Of a DNA stretch of 64,000 nt, positions 11,388-23,805 are shown piece by piece. The notes under the pieces were generated by a model that saw only the letters and a program-made list of their open reading frames with translations, had not been told where the DNA came from and did not search any database. The stretch's first letter is position 1; each line of letters begins with the position of its first letter. Source of the stretch: Octopus sinensis (lineage: Eukaryota); NCBI RefSeq assembly GCF_006345805.1, contig NC_043013.1, positions 8,928,001 to 8,992,000 on the forward strand, read 5' to 3'. The position numbers and the translations under genes are program-made.

Positions 11388-13345
11388 TTGATGCGATGTA
11401 TTTTTATTTTTATTATTGGTGTATCTCTTTGCTATCTTATTGGACTATTCCTACTTGATACGTTGGGCAAGATCTTTCCTGACGTATACTTCGCCATTTA
11501 CAAAGATGATGCCCTCGCCTTAACTGCTAATACCAAAGGACCAGCACAGGATCGGTTTAGGAAGGACGTTATCTTAGCATGACTTAGCATAACTACAGAC
11601 TTAGCATGACTACAGACACTTAGCATGACTACAGACACCAACCTGGCGGTTGTCAATTTCCTAGGTGTATCCTTAGATCTAAATAAGAACATTTATAAGC
11701 CTTATAGGAAGCCCAACGATAGACTTAGATATGTTAATGTGGATTCTTGCCATCCCCCCCGTACTGTTTAAAAATTTAGTTAAAAACTTTAGCAAAAGAT
11801 TTTCTAGCCTCTCCTCCGATAGGGACATTTTTAATAGCGTTTGAAAAGATAAAAGATATAAAAGATAATGGTTTTGGCGAGGAAATAAACTAAACACCTG
11901 CCACCAGTCCAATAATAAAGAGGAAACATAGAAATAGGAAAACTATCTGGTTCACACACCCCTACTCACCCGAGGTGAGCTTCAATATAGGCAAGAATTT
12001 CTTAGCACTGATAGACATGTTCCAGTCAACCATACTTACAGAAAGCTCTTCAATAGACATAACTTAAAAATCAGTTTCAGCTCAACTACCAATTTTAAAA
12101 ATATAATCGCACACAACCCACAAAAATCACAATACAAAACCAGCTGTTCATGCAGGGATAAAAATTTGTGCCCGCTAAATGGAGCTTGCATGACCGAGAC
12201 CATCATTTATGAAGCCACCGTGGAATCTATATCCACTAAGGACACGGTTTCGCCGAAGAAATACGTGGGCCTTACAGAGGGTTGTTTCAAGGCCAGGTTC
12301 GATAATCACACCTTGAGCTTCAGGCACTGGGATAAAAGGAAAACGACCAAATTATCCAGTCATATATGGTCATTAAAGGATAAAGGTGTCAGTTACAACA
12401 TCCATTAGAAGATCTTAGCCAAGTTTAAACCCTACACCAACGGCAGTGGAAAGTGTGGTCTTTGTGATATGGAAAGATGGCTCATCTGGAAAAGCAGCTT
12501 AGACCCCGCTACATGTCTGAATTCAAGAATTGAACTTTTCAGATCATGCCCATACGTGGTTCAATACTTGTTACATTTTTGGTCCTGCCGAGATTAAAGA
12601 TAGGACTTGCTTTCTATATTGTGTTCACGTACAAGCTTTTTATCTCTTTATAATTTTTACTTATATTTCTTATGTATTTTTATATATATTTATATATCTT
12701 TTATACGTATATTTTACATATCTATAGAGATAGTTTTATAGGTTTATTGCTCATATATTTTTTACTCATAATTTTTCCTTATTCTACCTTCCACCTTGCA
12801 TTTTACCTGTGCGTATATAGACGTGTATATGGAATCGTTTGTGCGTGCGTATAGATGTGTGCGTGTGTGTTGATATGTGCATATATAGATGTGTGTGTGT
12901 GCGTGCATGCGAGTATGTGCGTATATAGACGCGTGTGTGTGCGTGCATACGGGTATGTGCGTATATAGATGTGTGTACGAACATAGTTGGTGCGCATGTG
13001 TGTATGGCGAATGGTGTGGGTGAGAATGTGTACGTTTCAAGTGAGGGTGAATGAGTGTATACTTATAGGTGCATGTGCGTGGGTGTGCGGACGCGCATGT
13101 GTAGGTATGGACATACGCGCTTACGCGAATACTATGAACATTTTACCCCCTTACTTTTACTCCCTCCCCTCACTTAGCGGTCATTCAAATAACTCTTTTG
13201 TCTTAATAACGGTCAATCACACAGTAATTGCCCTTTGTTTAACGGTTATTTTCATAGCATTTCTTCTGATGGCCGGATAACTGAAGAGATGGCGGCGTGG
13301 CTTTCCACCCCGACATCCGAAACTCGAATTTTTATCACGGCTAGC
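11388..13345 (+). mobile_element. Decayed Penelope-like element of a second clade (RT C-half, GIY-YIG, 3' region with hammerhead-like motif)
   Basis: IGLFLLD...IYKDDAL, NFLGVSLDL, YKPYRKPND..RYVN..SCHPP, CPLNGAC....IIYEATV...KYVGLTEG.FK.R..NH. Internal small tandem duplication (cttagcatgactacagaca) at about 11575-11640. Confidence 0.85.
13276..13336 (+). ncRNA. Hammerhead-like motif with long stem II at the 3' end of the second Penelope-like element
   Basis: GATAA-CTGAAGA-GATG(gcggcgtggctttccaccccga)CATC-C-GAAAC-TCGA..-TTATC. Stems I and II pair; the cleavage triplet region is degenerate. Confidence 0.55.
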
Positions 13346-13371
13346 AAATAATTGTCACATATTACAATTAC

Positions 13372-13404
<33 letters not shown>

Positions 13405-13559
13405 TATAGACACATACATGCATTCATGCATACATACATACATACATACATACATACATACATACATACATACATACATACATACATACATACATACATA
13501 CATACATCATAGCTGCACCCTCGTTACACGAGAAAAGCCATTTCCAAAAAGACTTACTG

Positions 13560-13859
13560 AAATGATTCATTGTTGATGCCATGTGATGCGCTTATATGAC
13601 TTTTAAGCCCAACCAAACTTTTACACATTTTATTACATACTGCACAACTGTGCTGGCTGGCAGCAGAAACAGGTGCCACCATATTCACTCTCTTAACGTG
13701 TCTTTCCAGACCTCCAGATGAGAGGCACTCTCTTCCACATTTTACACATGTTCCGTTGTGAATTTTAATAGCCACATCACTGTTTATCATGGGTCGATTC
13801 CTGTAAGATTTTTGATGGCTCACCAGGCCTGCACGAGTCAAACACCTCTTCCCACAAAC

Positions 13860-13911
<52 letters not shown>

Positions 13912-16900
13912 TACACACACACACAAAACAACACTCTCTCACTTTCCACTGGTTCCCTCCTTCTAAACTCCCTTCTAATTATCTCATACTTCATTCTCTC
14001 CCCCTCGAACCTTGAACAACCATTATGCACTATCTTCTTCCATCCATCGCGGTCTTGTGCCTCCCTCTCTCAATCACCAGCTGTAATTCCTGTCTGTTAT
14101 TAGAGCATTCTTAAGGCAATCCTTAAATCTTAGTTTAGGCTTATGTGCTGGTCTCCTGCCGTCTTCCAGCTCACCACACAATAGCTGCTTGGGTAGTCGC
14201 TCATCACTCATCCTTACCAAATGTCTCCCGACTCCAACCTCAAAGTTTTTTACAAAATCTTTGAATCTGTACTTCTACTGCCACTCCTCTCAAGCAGCGC
14301 CACATTACTCATGGCCATTTTTCCAGTTTATCCTCAAACCTTTTCTCAGACAGTATTCATGGTATCATTCCAATGACTTACAAGCCTACATTAAACAACC
14401 CATGCCTCACCTCACTCCCTATAACAAAGATGGGCGGTTGCACGTGTTATATACCTTAACTTTAATTTATATTATGTTGTTTCCACAGACGACTATCTAG
14501 TCTACCAAAAGCACTTCTAGCCCTGCTGATTCTGTATGAAATGTTATCATGAAGACCAGCAGCGCTCAAGGTACTTCCTACATAAATAAGTCTAGGTGCA
14601 GCCTCCAGCCTTTGACTATTCACAGTTATAAAAGGTTCCACATACATTTTGTGGGAGTGGGCTGGTACTTCATAACAGTTTTTTTTTTTAGATTGATCGT
14701 TAGACCAAATGCTGCACATGCTGCAGAAATCGCATTCACAATATGCTGCATATCTTTCTGGGAATGTTCCAACAGGTCACAATCATCTTTCCTTTTGGCG
14801 CAGAGTCTTTTGAGATTGAACAGCTTTCCTCTTGTCCTATATCTTATATAGATGATAAACTTGCCTTCTATCTATCACTTAACAGTGATTATACGCAGCG
14901 TTACTCATGATGACAAAGTTGTCATTTTAGGTGATTTTAATGCACGCGTTGGTGCAGATTTGTAGACCTGGGGTGTCTTAGGAAAGCATAGCGTTGGGAG
15001 TTCCAACAATAATGGTTTATTACTGTTATATATGTGCGTAGAGATGGATTTGTGTATCATGAACACAATGTTTCAACGAAAGAGTAAGTGTAAAGCAACA
15101 TGGATGCACCCTGGTTCTAAGAAATGATACCTTGTAGATTACATCCTCTCCAGGAAACGAGGTACTAGGGGCTTTGCTATACTACGATTGATGTGTGGTG
15201 CAGAGTGCTTGATTGATCATAAGCTTTTGCGTGCCAAGGTGAATTTTGCTCTCAAGCCTAAGGTTAGAGCAAATAATGACATGTTACCTAATCGGATTGA
15301 TGTCAATAAACTTAAGACTCCATCAGTACGCAATGAGTTTGTGATGGGAGTTGTGATGGAATTTGTCCTGTGGTGGAAGCTGGAAGTCATTCAAAGAAAG
15401 AGTGTACAAGATTTGTAGTAACATTCTTGGGTTTGTTGCAAAAAAGACACCGAGATTGGTTTGACTATAATGATGAAGAAGTTAGTTTTATCTTAGAGGA
15501 GAAGCAAAAGGCATTTAACATGTTGCAAAATATTGACCTGTCAGCAATCAGGACAGTGGCTACACACTTCAAGGCAGTAAAAGCAACAGTGCAGACGAAG
15601 CTGAGGATGATGCAGGAAAATTGGTGGAGTGATATATGCAATGAAATCCAAGAAGTTTCAAATGCTAACAATTCCAAACTTTTTTACTCTCTCTCTCACT
15701 CTCTCTCTCCTCTCTCTCTCTCTCCCTCTCTCTCTCTCTCTCGAAAAAAGTTTCTGGACCAGTGTCATCAAAGGTTGCGCCGCTTCGGAGCGAGGATGGT
15801 ACAGAATTATTAACAAATCCTAAAGATATTGTTGGGAGATGGAAAGAACATTTTGACGATTTGCTCAATAGACCTACTAAAGTTGACCTCTCTTTTCTTG
15901 ATAATATATCTGGGAGACCAATAAAACATCTTATAGCAGAAGTTCCAAACCTGGTTGAAATAAAAGCAGCTATCAGGAAATTGAACTATAGAAATGCTCA
16001 TGGCATGGATGGACTAGGTACAGAGATATATAAATATGGTGGTGATCATCACTGTACAATGTTGACGGATGTGATTCAGACGGTTTGGCATAGTGAAGAG
16101 GTTCCTCCGGATTGGCGTGAAGCAACTATGGAAACGATGTCTGTGATAATTATCGCGGTATCTGTTAGCTGTTGCTGGAAAGGCCCTTTGTAGAGTAATG
16201 CTGGACAGATTGTTTCTGCACATTGCTGATGAGGTTCTACCAGAATCGCAATGTGAGTTTAGGGATAGAAGGAGTACTATGGATATGATATTTTTAGCAA
16301 GAGAAGTACATCGAACAGGATATGGACGTATACCAGATTTTCAATGATCTAACAAAAGCGTTTGATTCTATCAATGGAATTGCACTTTGGGAGATCCTGA
16401 AAAGGCTAGGATGCCCTGAAAAATTTGTAAGAATGCTTAGACAATTTCATGACAAGACAGAAGTGAGAGCTAATGTTGGAGGTACCTTATCAGATCCAGT
16501 TTCTCTATAAAATGGTGTAAAACAAGGTGATATTCCTGCTCCTGCATTATTTGCTATGTATTTTGCAATAGTCTTTCAAATAGCTTTTGAAGATTGCACT
16601 GAAGGGATCTATATAAGATATAGTTGAAGCATATGCAGTAATGAGTGTTGCATAGCGACCTTTTCTTAATGGAGGTGTTGAAGACATCAAACGATCAGAA
16701 TTATCACATGGTAGTTCCTCAAGGTTTGAAACCAAAGTGGTTTTGATAGTAAATCCCACTCTTGATTCTGTCTTATAGGTCTCCTCTCTACTGCTCCAAA
16801 ATAAATGATACACAGCAGATTTCTCTACCAAATCCCACTTTCCATGAATTTTTGTTTCGGCTAACTCTACAACATTCATGTCGCTGTAACTCTTTTTCAA

Positions 16901-17340
16901 CAAGCGCGGATCTCCTCTCCGGACGAGATTTCAGACAATCATTGTCTAACATTCGAACATTCCAACATCCTATATTCAAAGGCTTGCATCTTAACCTGAA
17001 TTTACTCACAGTTGCAAGATGACGACCAGATCCAGGTTGTCGTGCCCTGGGACACCTGCCGGGCCAAACCACAAAACAAAATGTTCCAGAGCCCTTTTTG
17101 TCATTTGCTTCAGTATCAATATGAACTTTCATTGTTTAGTTGTGCCTTTTTAAGTTTTGGTGGTCAACCATGTACATACAAGATGTTCATTTCCTTTTCC
17201 TCTCCAGCAATACCTGTGCCTGACACATTTTAAAACGAGGAAGAGTGTTGCACAGCAACCATTCCCACTCTCTAAACTACAATGCATGATCCAACAAGAA
17301 TAATAAGTCGAGATCATTGGGTGCATTTGCAGTCGCATAT
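13560..17340 (-). mobile_element. Near full-length decayed RTE-clade LINE with an inverted internal segment (14837-16623 reads on +)
   Basis: - strand 17340-16624: 5'UTR and EN start (LNIGCWNVRML...PERRSALV...LITAYAST). + strand 14837-16623: GDFNARVG...TWMHP...VDYI...HGMDG...DLTKAFDSI...GVKQG...EGIYIRY. - strand 14853-13560: IYIRYRTRGKLFNL...GLTIN...YVGSTLS...FGRL, then C2H2 motifs. Confidence 0.85.
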
Positions 17341-17869
17341 TTTATATCCAAGTGTTCTTCTCCGAGTCTTTGCTCAGCCAAAGGCTAACTACAAGACAGC
17401 AGTGAAGTATTTAAATTCAGAGTTACTTTCTCCGAGATAGACTACCTTCGCCACGACTTGCGTAAGCAGAGGAATCCTATCCAACCCTCATCTATTTATT
17501 TAAAAAAGACTAAGATAAGAAAAATAAAATAAATAAAATTAAGAATAAAATTGACATACAATATATACAATGTAAAACACAATATACAATATGCACACAA
17601 ACAGCTTGAAATACAATATATACAGTATATACAGATAGGCACACAGGTTTTAAATGCAATATTTACAACACATACACACAAACTTAAACACTCCACACGC
17701 ACATCCACAAACATACGTTGTTGAATGGCCGTTGACTACGCTGTAGTTCCTCCGCCCTTTGACATGTCTTATTTTCTGTCCCGCAGGGCATCCACCAAAT
17801 ACCCACCTCACCAAGCAAGCCATTGTGGGGTTACCGGTTTAGTTGCCGACAACCCGACCATATAACAGG

Positions 17870-18345
17870 TTGTACTACCGAAAGGTGTTTGATAGCATTC
17901 CCCACACATGGATCCTAGAAACACTAGCCATGAACAAGGTGGCACTAATAATCATAAAATGTATAACACATTCCATAAATAAATGGCAGACCTTGCTACA
18001 GCTCCAAACAAAAGAGGGATTCATAAAAACCAAAGCCATCCCCATTAGAAGAGGAATATTCCAGGGAGACACGCTCTCTCCACTCCTTATATGTTTCACA
18101 CTGACACCTTTATCTGACAGAACTGAAAGCGGATACGACTGTTACGGCAAAGCAATCAGCCGCCTCTTATGTATGGATGACCTAAAACTGTAGACTACAA
18201 ATGATAAACACCTGGAATCAATACTACAGACAGTACATGGATTTACCAAACAAATAAATATGAAATTTGGCTTAGAAAAATGTGCCAAAGCAACCTTGAA
18301 AAGATGGGATCTACTTAAGAGTAGCAGCATCACACTAGATAAAGC
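17870..18345 (+). mobile_element. R4/Dong-like RT fragment, related to 9650-11385
   Basis: YRKVFDSIPHTWI, RRGIFQGDTLSPLL, LLCMDDLKL, MKFGLEKCAK. Confidence 0.85.
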
Positions 18346-18349
18346 TAGA

Positions 18350-19500
18350 GTTCAAATCCAGATGCAGTATTCCATTGCGAATTACAGAAGAATTTATGTG
18401 CCATATGAAAATAAGTGATTCCAGAGGTAATTGACGAGGTTACAATGGGCCAGAGGCATGTCTATGATTGTGTTGATCGCAGTCCTAGAGAAGTTTGACA
18501 ACAACCAGATAAGCTGTTTGGCGGTCTGACTGTTTTGTTTTCTGGAGAATGGAAGCAGATCTTGCGCTTGGTGCAAAGAGGTTACAGAGTCCAGATTGTT
18601 CATGCCATATTAAAACAGTCATACATTTGGAACCATGTCCAAAGCTTTCAGTTGTCTGTCAATATGAGAGTCCGAAATTCTTGCGGTGTTGACACTACTT
18701 TCGCACCCTATCTTGACCAGCTGGGGAATAGAACATTTTCTCTCAATAAAGAAAGTTGTGAATACAAAATATCTATAGCCCCACCGCATTTGATTGACTC
18801 TACAAAGCTACAGGATCTTTGTGAAGTGGTCTTCAGGGCTATTGAGGATAAATATAGAGAGGGTCTATGGATAAGCAGCAGAGCCATCATTATTCCTACA
18901 AACAAGGCTGCTGAAAAAGTAATAATGTTGTCATGTCAAAACTACTACAAAGATATAGTAGAACTTATCAAAGCTGTGATACTTTATACGAAAACGAGAC
19001 TGAGTTCCCGCCGGAACTGATCAATGATCTCAACTCATCAGGATTTCCACCATACATTTTGGTTTTGAAGAAGCACTCTTCAATTATGCTGCTCAGAAAC
19101 CTTGATCCAGCAAGAGGTCACTGTAACGGAACAAGATATATGGTCGTGAATTTGCACAACCACCTTATTGAAGCAGATGTGGCCGATGGGACACATGCTG
19201 GAATCCGAATAATGATACCACGAATTCCACTGACCACCACTGAAGACTATCCGTTCTCATTTTCCAGGAAGCAGTTTCCTCTGAAACTGGCTTTTGAAAG
19301 GACAAATCCCAAGGTCAGACTTAAGAAACTGTTGGAATTTACCCGCCAACACCTATGTTCATCCATGGCCAGTGCTATGTTGCCAACAGCACGATCGGTT
19401 CTGGGAACAATGAGCATATATTGGCTTTGGACTCAAAGTATAAGGGTATGAATGGAATATACACTGACAAAGTTGTCTATTAGGAAATTCTATAAGAAAA
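18350..19500 (+). mobile_element. Helitron PIF1-like helicase fragment (pseudogenised)
   Basis: IDEVTM...FGGLTVLFSGEWKQIL, RAII.PTNK, GFPP..L.LK....IMLLRNLDP..GHCNGTR, IPRIPL...PF.F.RKQFPLKLAF, HGQCYVA. Frameshifted. Confidence 0.9.
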
Positions 19501-19711
19501 TTATAGTAGGTTTCACATTTTACTTTCAAACTACAAACAGGAGTGTAGATATGTAAGTAACTGAATCGACCGACTGGAGGGCGGTGGTTCAGCTAGTTTC
19601 TATAATTCTGAAATCTTATCACTTTTCATTCTGAACTCGACAAAGACAAGCTATCTGTCGAAATATCGTTCAACCAATAAAATATCGACTGCAGTCGCAT
19701 CGCGCTCTTCC

Positions 19712-19871
19712 TCTTGACTAGGAAGAAGAAGAAGAAGAAGAAGAAGAAGAAGAAGAAGAAGAAGAAGAAGAAGAAGAAGAAGAAGAAGAAGAAGAAGAAG
19801 AAGAAGAAGAAGAAGAAGAAGAAGAAGAAGAAGAAGAAGAAGAAGAAGAAGAAGAAGAAGAAGAAGAAGAA
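19712..19871. repeat. Pure (GAA)n tract, about 53 units
   Basis: Direct reading. Confidence 0.98.
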
Positions 19872-20544
19872 GATGTCAGCTCCGCGCTGAATAACAATAT
19901 GGGCGTGTTACACCGGACTCTCCATACAAATACAAATCTAATCTAATAACACCAGTGTAATAGGAAAAAGGAACCCGCGGAAGACTTGCAGGAAACGGCA
20001 TTATAACGAAAATAATCCCAAAAAACGAAATTTTACTGCCATAGGAAAACAGTTTCTCCCATGTACGATGTCTCAGTGAAAGATGTGCGAAAGACACGTG
20101 CGAAATCAACGTCGAAAACTTCACAAATTATAAAATATAAGTGGAAGAAAACAGTAAATTCATAAATTGATTTAATTATGCATACACTCGAATGTCTATA
20201 CATTCATATATTAATACCCATAGGACTACACATACACCCAATGTTTACACAACTACGTGAAATTTACAGGACACACATACAAGTATATGACAGCACGTGT
20301 CGCAAACGAAACAAAACTATAACAACATACAATTTTCTTCGAACTAACACAGAGTGAATAATTCATAAGTTTTAAATAACTGCAACGAAACTATGCCCGG
20401 AGATAAATCTGTCAACAACAACGAAAACATACAGACGAATACAGATCTGTTTGCCTTTAAAAGCGATGTTACGAGCAATGCTTTCATTCAGAGAACATGT
20501 TGTCTCAAAATGTTAACGCAAAACAAACAGATCCTACCTTAATA

Positions 20545-21258
20545 TTAACGTCCAAACGCATCATGCCTCAAAGATAACAAAGCAATATACACACCGGATC
20601 GTTCGTCACCAGAGCCAACATGAGCCGCGCACGCCAGTGAGGGACCAGACTGGGTGTGAAAAATCAGATACTGGTTCAAATCTTTCCATGACGCAGGAGC
20701 TCGAAGTGCCCCACAACCGGAATATTCCATCAAATGGCCATCCAAGCTCGTCATCAAATAACCAAAAGAAAAAGAATGAAAAATGGTCATTGGGAGATAA
20801 ATCTAATACTGAACAAACCTACCTAAACTGAAGAGAGGAGCATCTTGAAGTAAGATCTTATATAGTAACAACCTTGCCAACGTCAGAAGAAACGAAGATG
20901 CAGGTAAAGAAGATACTACTGTGGAAATAATTACAGACTAACCCAGGTCTGATGAAAATGCGGTAATGATAATAAGAGTCAATGTAACTTATAAGCAAAG
21001 TGAAATACTCTCTGAACCAAGCATAAACACCAAGGCAGATGAAAATCAAATAGATGAAGAAAGTCGCACAGAAATTGCCCCAACTGAACTAGAGGATCTA
21101 AGCAATGAAATCCTGATAGAATGGCTGAAAATTAAAGAAACTGGTATGAATGAGCGTGACACTCTCACGCAAATTCACAACTCTAACCAAAACCTGAAAG
21201 TAATTGGTAAAATCCGTCTTGCACTTAAAGATATATTCTCAGCTGAAGATGTTGACGT
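20545..21258 (+). mobile_element. 5' ORF remnant of an R4/Dong-like LINE
   Basis: GHP....KKK..KWS, NLANVRR and W.KIKET.M.ER..L..I...QNLK resemble the N-terminal region of this family (recalled). Cut at 21258 by an RTE piece. Confidence 0.5.
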
Positions 21259-22330
21259 TACACGGGCATTGAAGTCCCCGAGTATCAGCAGTTTGCTATT
21301 CTTTAGGAACTGACCGTAGCACTTTGGTGAGGTTCTGATAGAACAATTCTCTCTGCTCCAGAGTGTAGGTCGCAGTTGGAGCTTAAGCACTGATGAGTGT
21401 CAGGTGCATCTTGCCTTGGAGAGGAGTTCTCATCACCATCAGGCGATCGCTGATTCCTCTTGAGAGGGATTCCATGTTCTTGACGAGGGCGGTGCGAATG
21501 GAAAAGCCAACTCTTACTTCCCTGCGTTCATCCGCTGCTTTCCTTGACCAAAAGAAAGTGTATCTAGCCCCAGCCTCGGTGATCTCCCCCGTGACGGCGA
21601 GGCGTGTCTCGCTGAGGGCAGCAACATCAATGCTGTATATCTGCAGTTCACAACCCACAAGTGCTGTTCGACGTTCTGGTCTGTCACAGTTTTGGTTGTC
21701 CATGTGTGTCCTGATGCTCCAGGCTCCAACACATAAAGTACTTTTCGGGCGGGAAGATTTTGGATTCATCTTTCGTATTTCTTTCATGTTTCGACCGAGT
21801 GGTATATGACCAGTTAGCGGCGGTATGCTGGCAGGATGAGATGGGGCAAGCTTTCTTTAGGTCACCTTTTCTAGACCCTTCCCCCTAAGGGGGCAAGCAG
21901 TGATATCCCTGAAGAGGGCTGCTCCGTCGTCAGAGTGGCTGCCGAACTATGCCCTTGCCCCAGTAGGTTGCAGAACGACAACCCGAGTGTAGGTACATGG
22001 CTAGCAGCTCCCAGCGCTATCCTGCACCTGCCACAACCACCACGCGCCCATCGCCTCAGGACTTGGAAGAAGAAGAAGTAGAGGAGGTGGAGTCACTGAA
22101 TCCTGGGTAAGGGAACTGTGGAGGCCTTGAGTTGCGCAAGCCCACCCCACCCCCCTCTCGGTCCAGCTGATCTAGCCAGGAGGGACACAGGACGATACAT
22201 CCTAGCCACGACTGGACTGCAGGCGCTGCTGGAGATGATGGACTTCATTACCTAACCGCCTTAGGGGCTCCACTTCGGCTTTGGATACGGTTTACTCCCT
22301 AGCCTTTGATTAACCAAAAAAACCTACCCG
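21259..22330 (-). mobile_element. RTE (BovB-like) 5'UTR plus AP-endonuclease N-half
   Basis: LCVGAWSIRT...PERRTALV...IDVAALSETRL...YTFFWS...VGFSI...SDRLM.MR...LTLISA.APT...LILGDFNARV. Confidence 0.88.
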
Positions 22331-22504
22331 CAAGGCAGCAGGAGACTCTTGGAGAGCGGGAACGTCTCACTACCCGTACAGGACCAGAAGGACCTGCCCA
22401 CTGCCTAAACGATATATACAATTTAAAAAAGAAAGAACTCAGTATATACAATACATACACACAGGGAGTTCAAAATTCAACACACACACAAACACCCCAC
22501 AAAC

Positions 22505-22680
22505 ACACATAGTTGAATGGCCGTTGACTACGTTGTAGTTCCTCCACTCTTTTACAGGTCTTACTTTTTTGTCCCGTAGGGTGTTCAACAAGCACCGACC
22601 TTACCAAGCAAGCCTGGTGGAGTTGGCAGTTTAGTCGCCGACGACCCGACCATGGAACGTGTGGTACTGGGCTACATGGT
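22505..22680. repeat. Unclassified interspersed repeat; second copy at about 17715-17870
   Basis: Both copies share gttgaatggccgttgactacg.tgtagttcctcc...accaagcaagcc...gtttagt.gccgac.acccgacca. Confidence 0.7.
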
Positions 22681-22689
22681 ACCTGTAGC

Positions 22690-23805
22690 ACTCGAGAGCC
22701 ATGCTCTTCCGCGCCCTATCAAAGTCTGATGCTGGTGTCACTATTCGCTACAGATGTGACGGCCGATTCTTTGACCTCAGACGTCTGAAGGCAAAAACCA
22801 AAGTCCTGGGCGCCGTAGTGAGAGACTTCCTGTTTGCAGACGATTGTGCGCTTGCAGCATTGAATGAACCAGACCTGCTGCAAGAACTTGACACTTGTCT
22901 CGCAGAAGCAGCAAAAGCCTTCGGACTGACCATTAGCCTGCGAAACACTGAAATGATGCTTCAGCCTGCACCTGGCATGACACCTCCTCAGTCTCAGATT
23001 AGATTGAGGGCACAACCCTGAACAACGTGGAGAGCTTTACATACCTGGGAAGCTGTCTGTCCTCAAGCTGCAGCATGGACAAACATGTCTCCATGAGGCT
23101 TGCAAAAGCAGGAGCTTCGTTTGGCAGACTTTGGACATGTGTGTGGGCCGAACGAAGCGTTAGACTTTCCACCAAGCTGGCAGTCTATACGGCAGTCGTC
23201 ATCACCTCTCTGCTCTACGGCTGTGGGACATGGATGCTATATAGGAGGCAAATGCGAGTACTTGACTAGTTCCATCTCTGCTGCTTGCGACGAATCATGT
23301 GAATTTCCTGGGAGGACAGAGTCTCCAACACTGAGGTGCTTTGCAGAGCCTAAATGCCCGGTATCGAAGCCCACATCATGAAGGCCCAACTCCGGTGGGT
23401 CGGACATATAGTCCGAATGGACGATGCGCATCTACCAAAGATGATCTTCTTCTCTGAGCTGGCTTCTGGAGTAAGAAACCCTGGAAGGCCACTGGGGCGA
23501 TACAAGGACAGTCTGAAAACTTCCCTCGAGGCCTGCGGCATTTCAGCTCGTGGCTAAGAATCGCTTGCCTCTGACCGCAGCACCTGGCGTCCAGCTGTCC
23601 AAAAGGGTGTTAGGCTGCTCGAGGAAAAGCGCCTCAAGAGCCTGGACCAGAAGCGACAAGCCCGAAAAGAGAGGATCTCCAATCCTACTTCTGCTGTTAC
23701 CTGCCCAACATGTGGCCACGTCTGCGCGTCCGCCTTTGGGTTCCGCTCTCACCTCTGGCGTCACTGATGTCACTGTCAAACCCCAACAGACTTCCATCAT
23801 ATCAT
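22690..23805 (+). mobile_element. RTE 3' half (RT C-terminus, C2H2-like end)
   Basis: GVTIRYRCDG.FF.LRRL.AKTKV...DFLFADDCAL, GLTISL..T, FTYLGS, FGRL, SLLYG..TW, QLRW.GH..RM, CPTCG..C....G..SH. Confidence 0.9.

Noticed and set aside
19686-19711. Helitron 3' terminus (palindrome cgactgcagtcg followed by CTAG)
   Set aside because: The base after CTAG is G rather than the T expected for an A/T target, and about 200 nt of unassigned sequence separates it from the helicase. Possible but unsupported.
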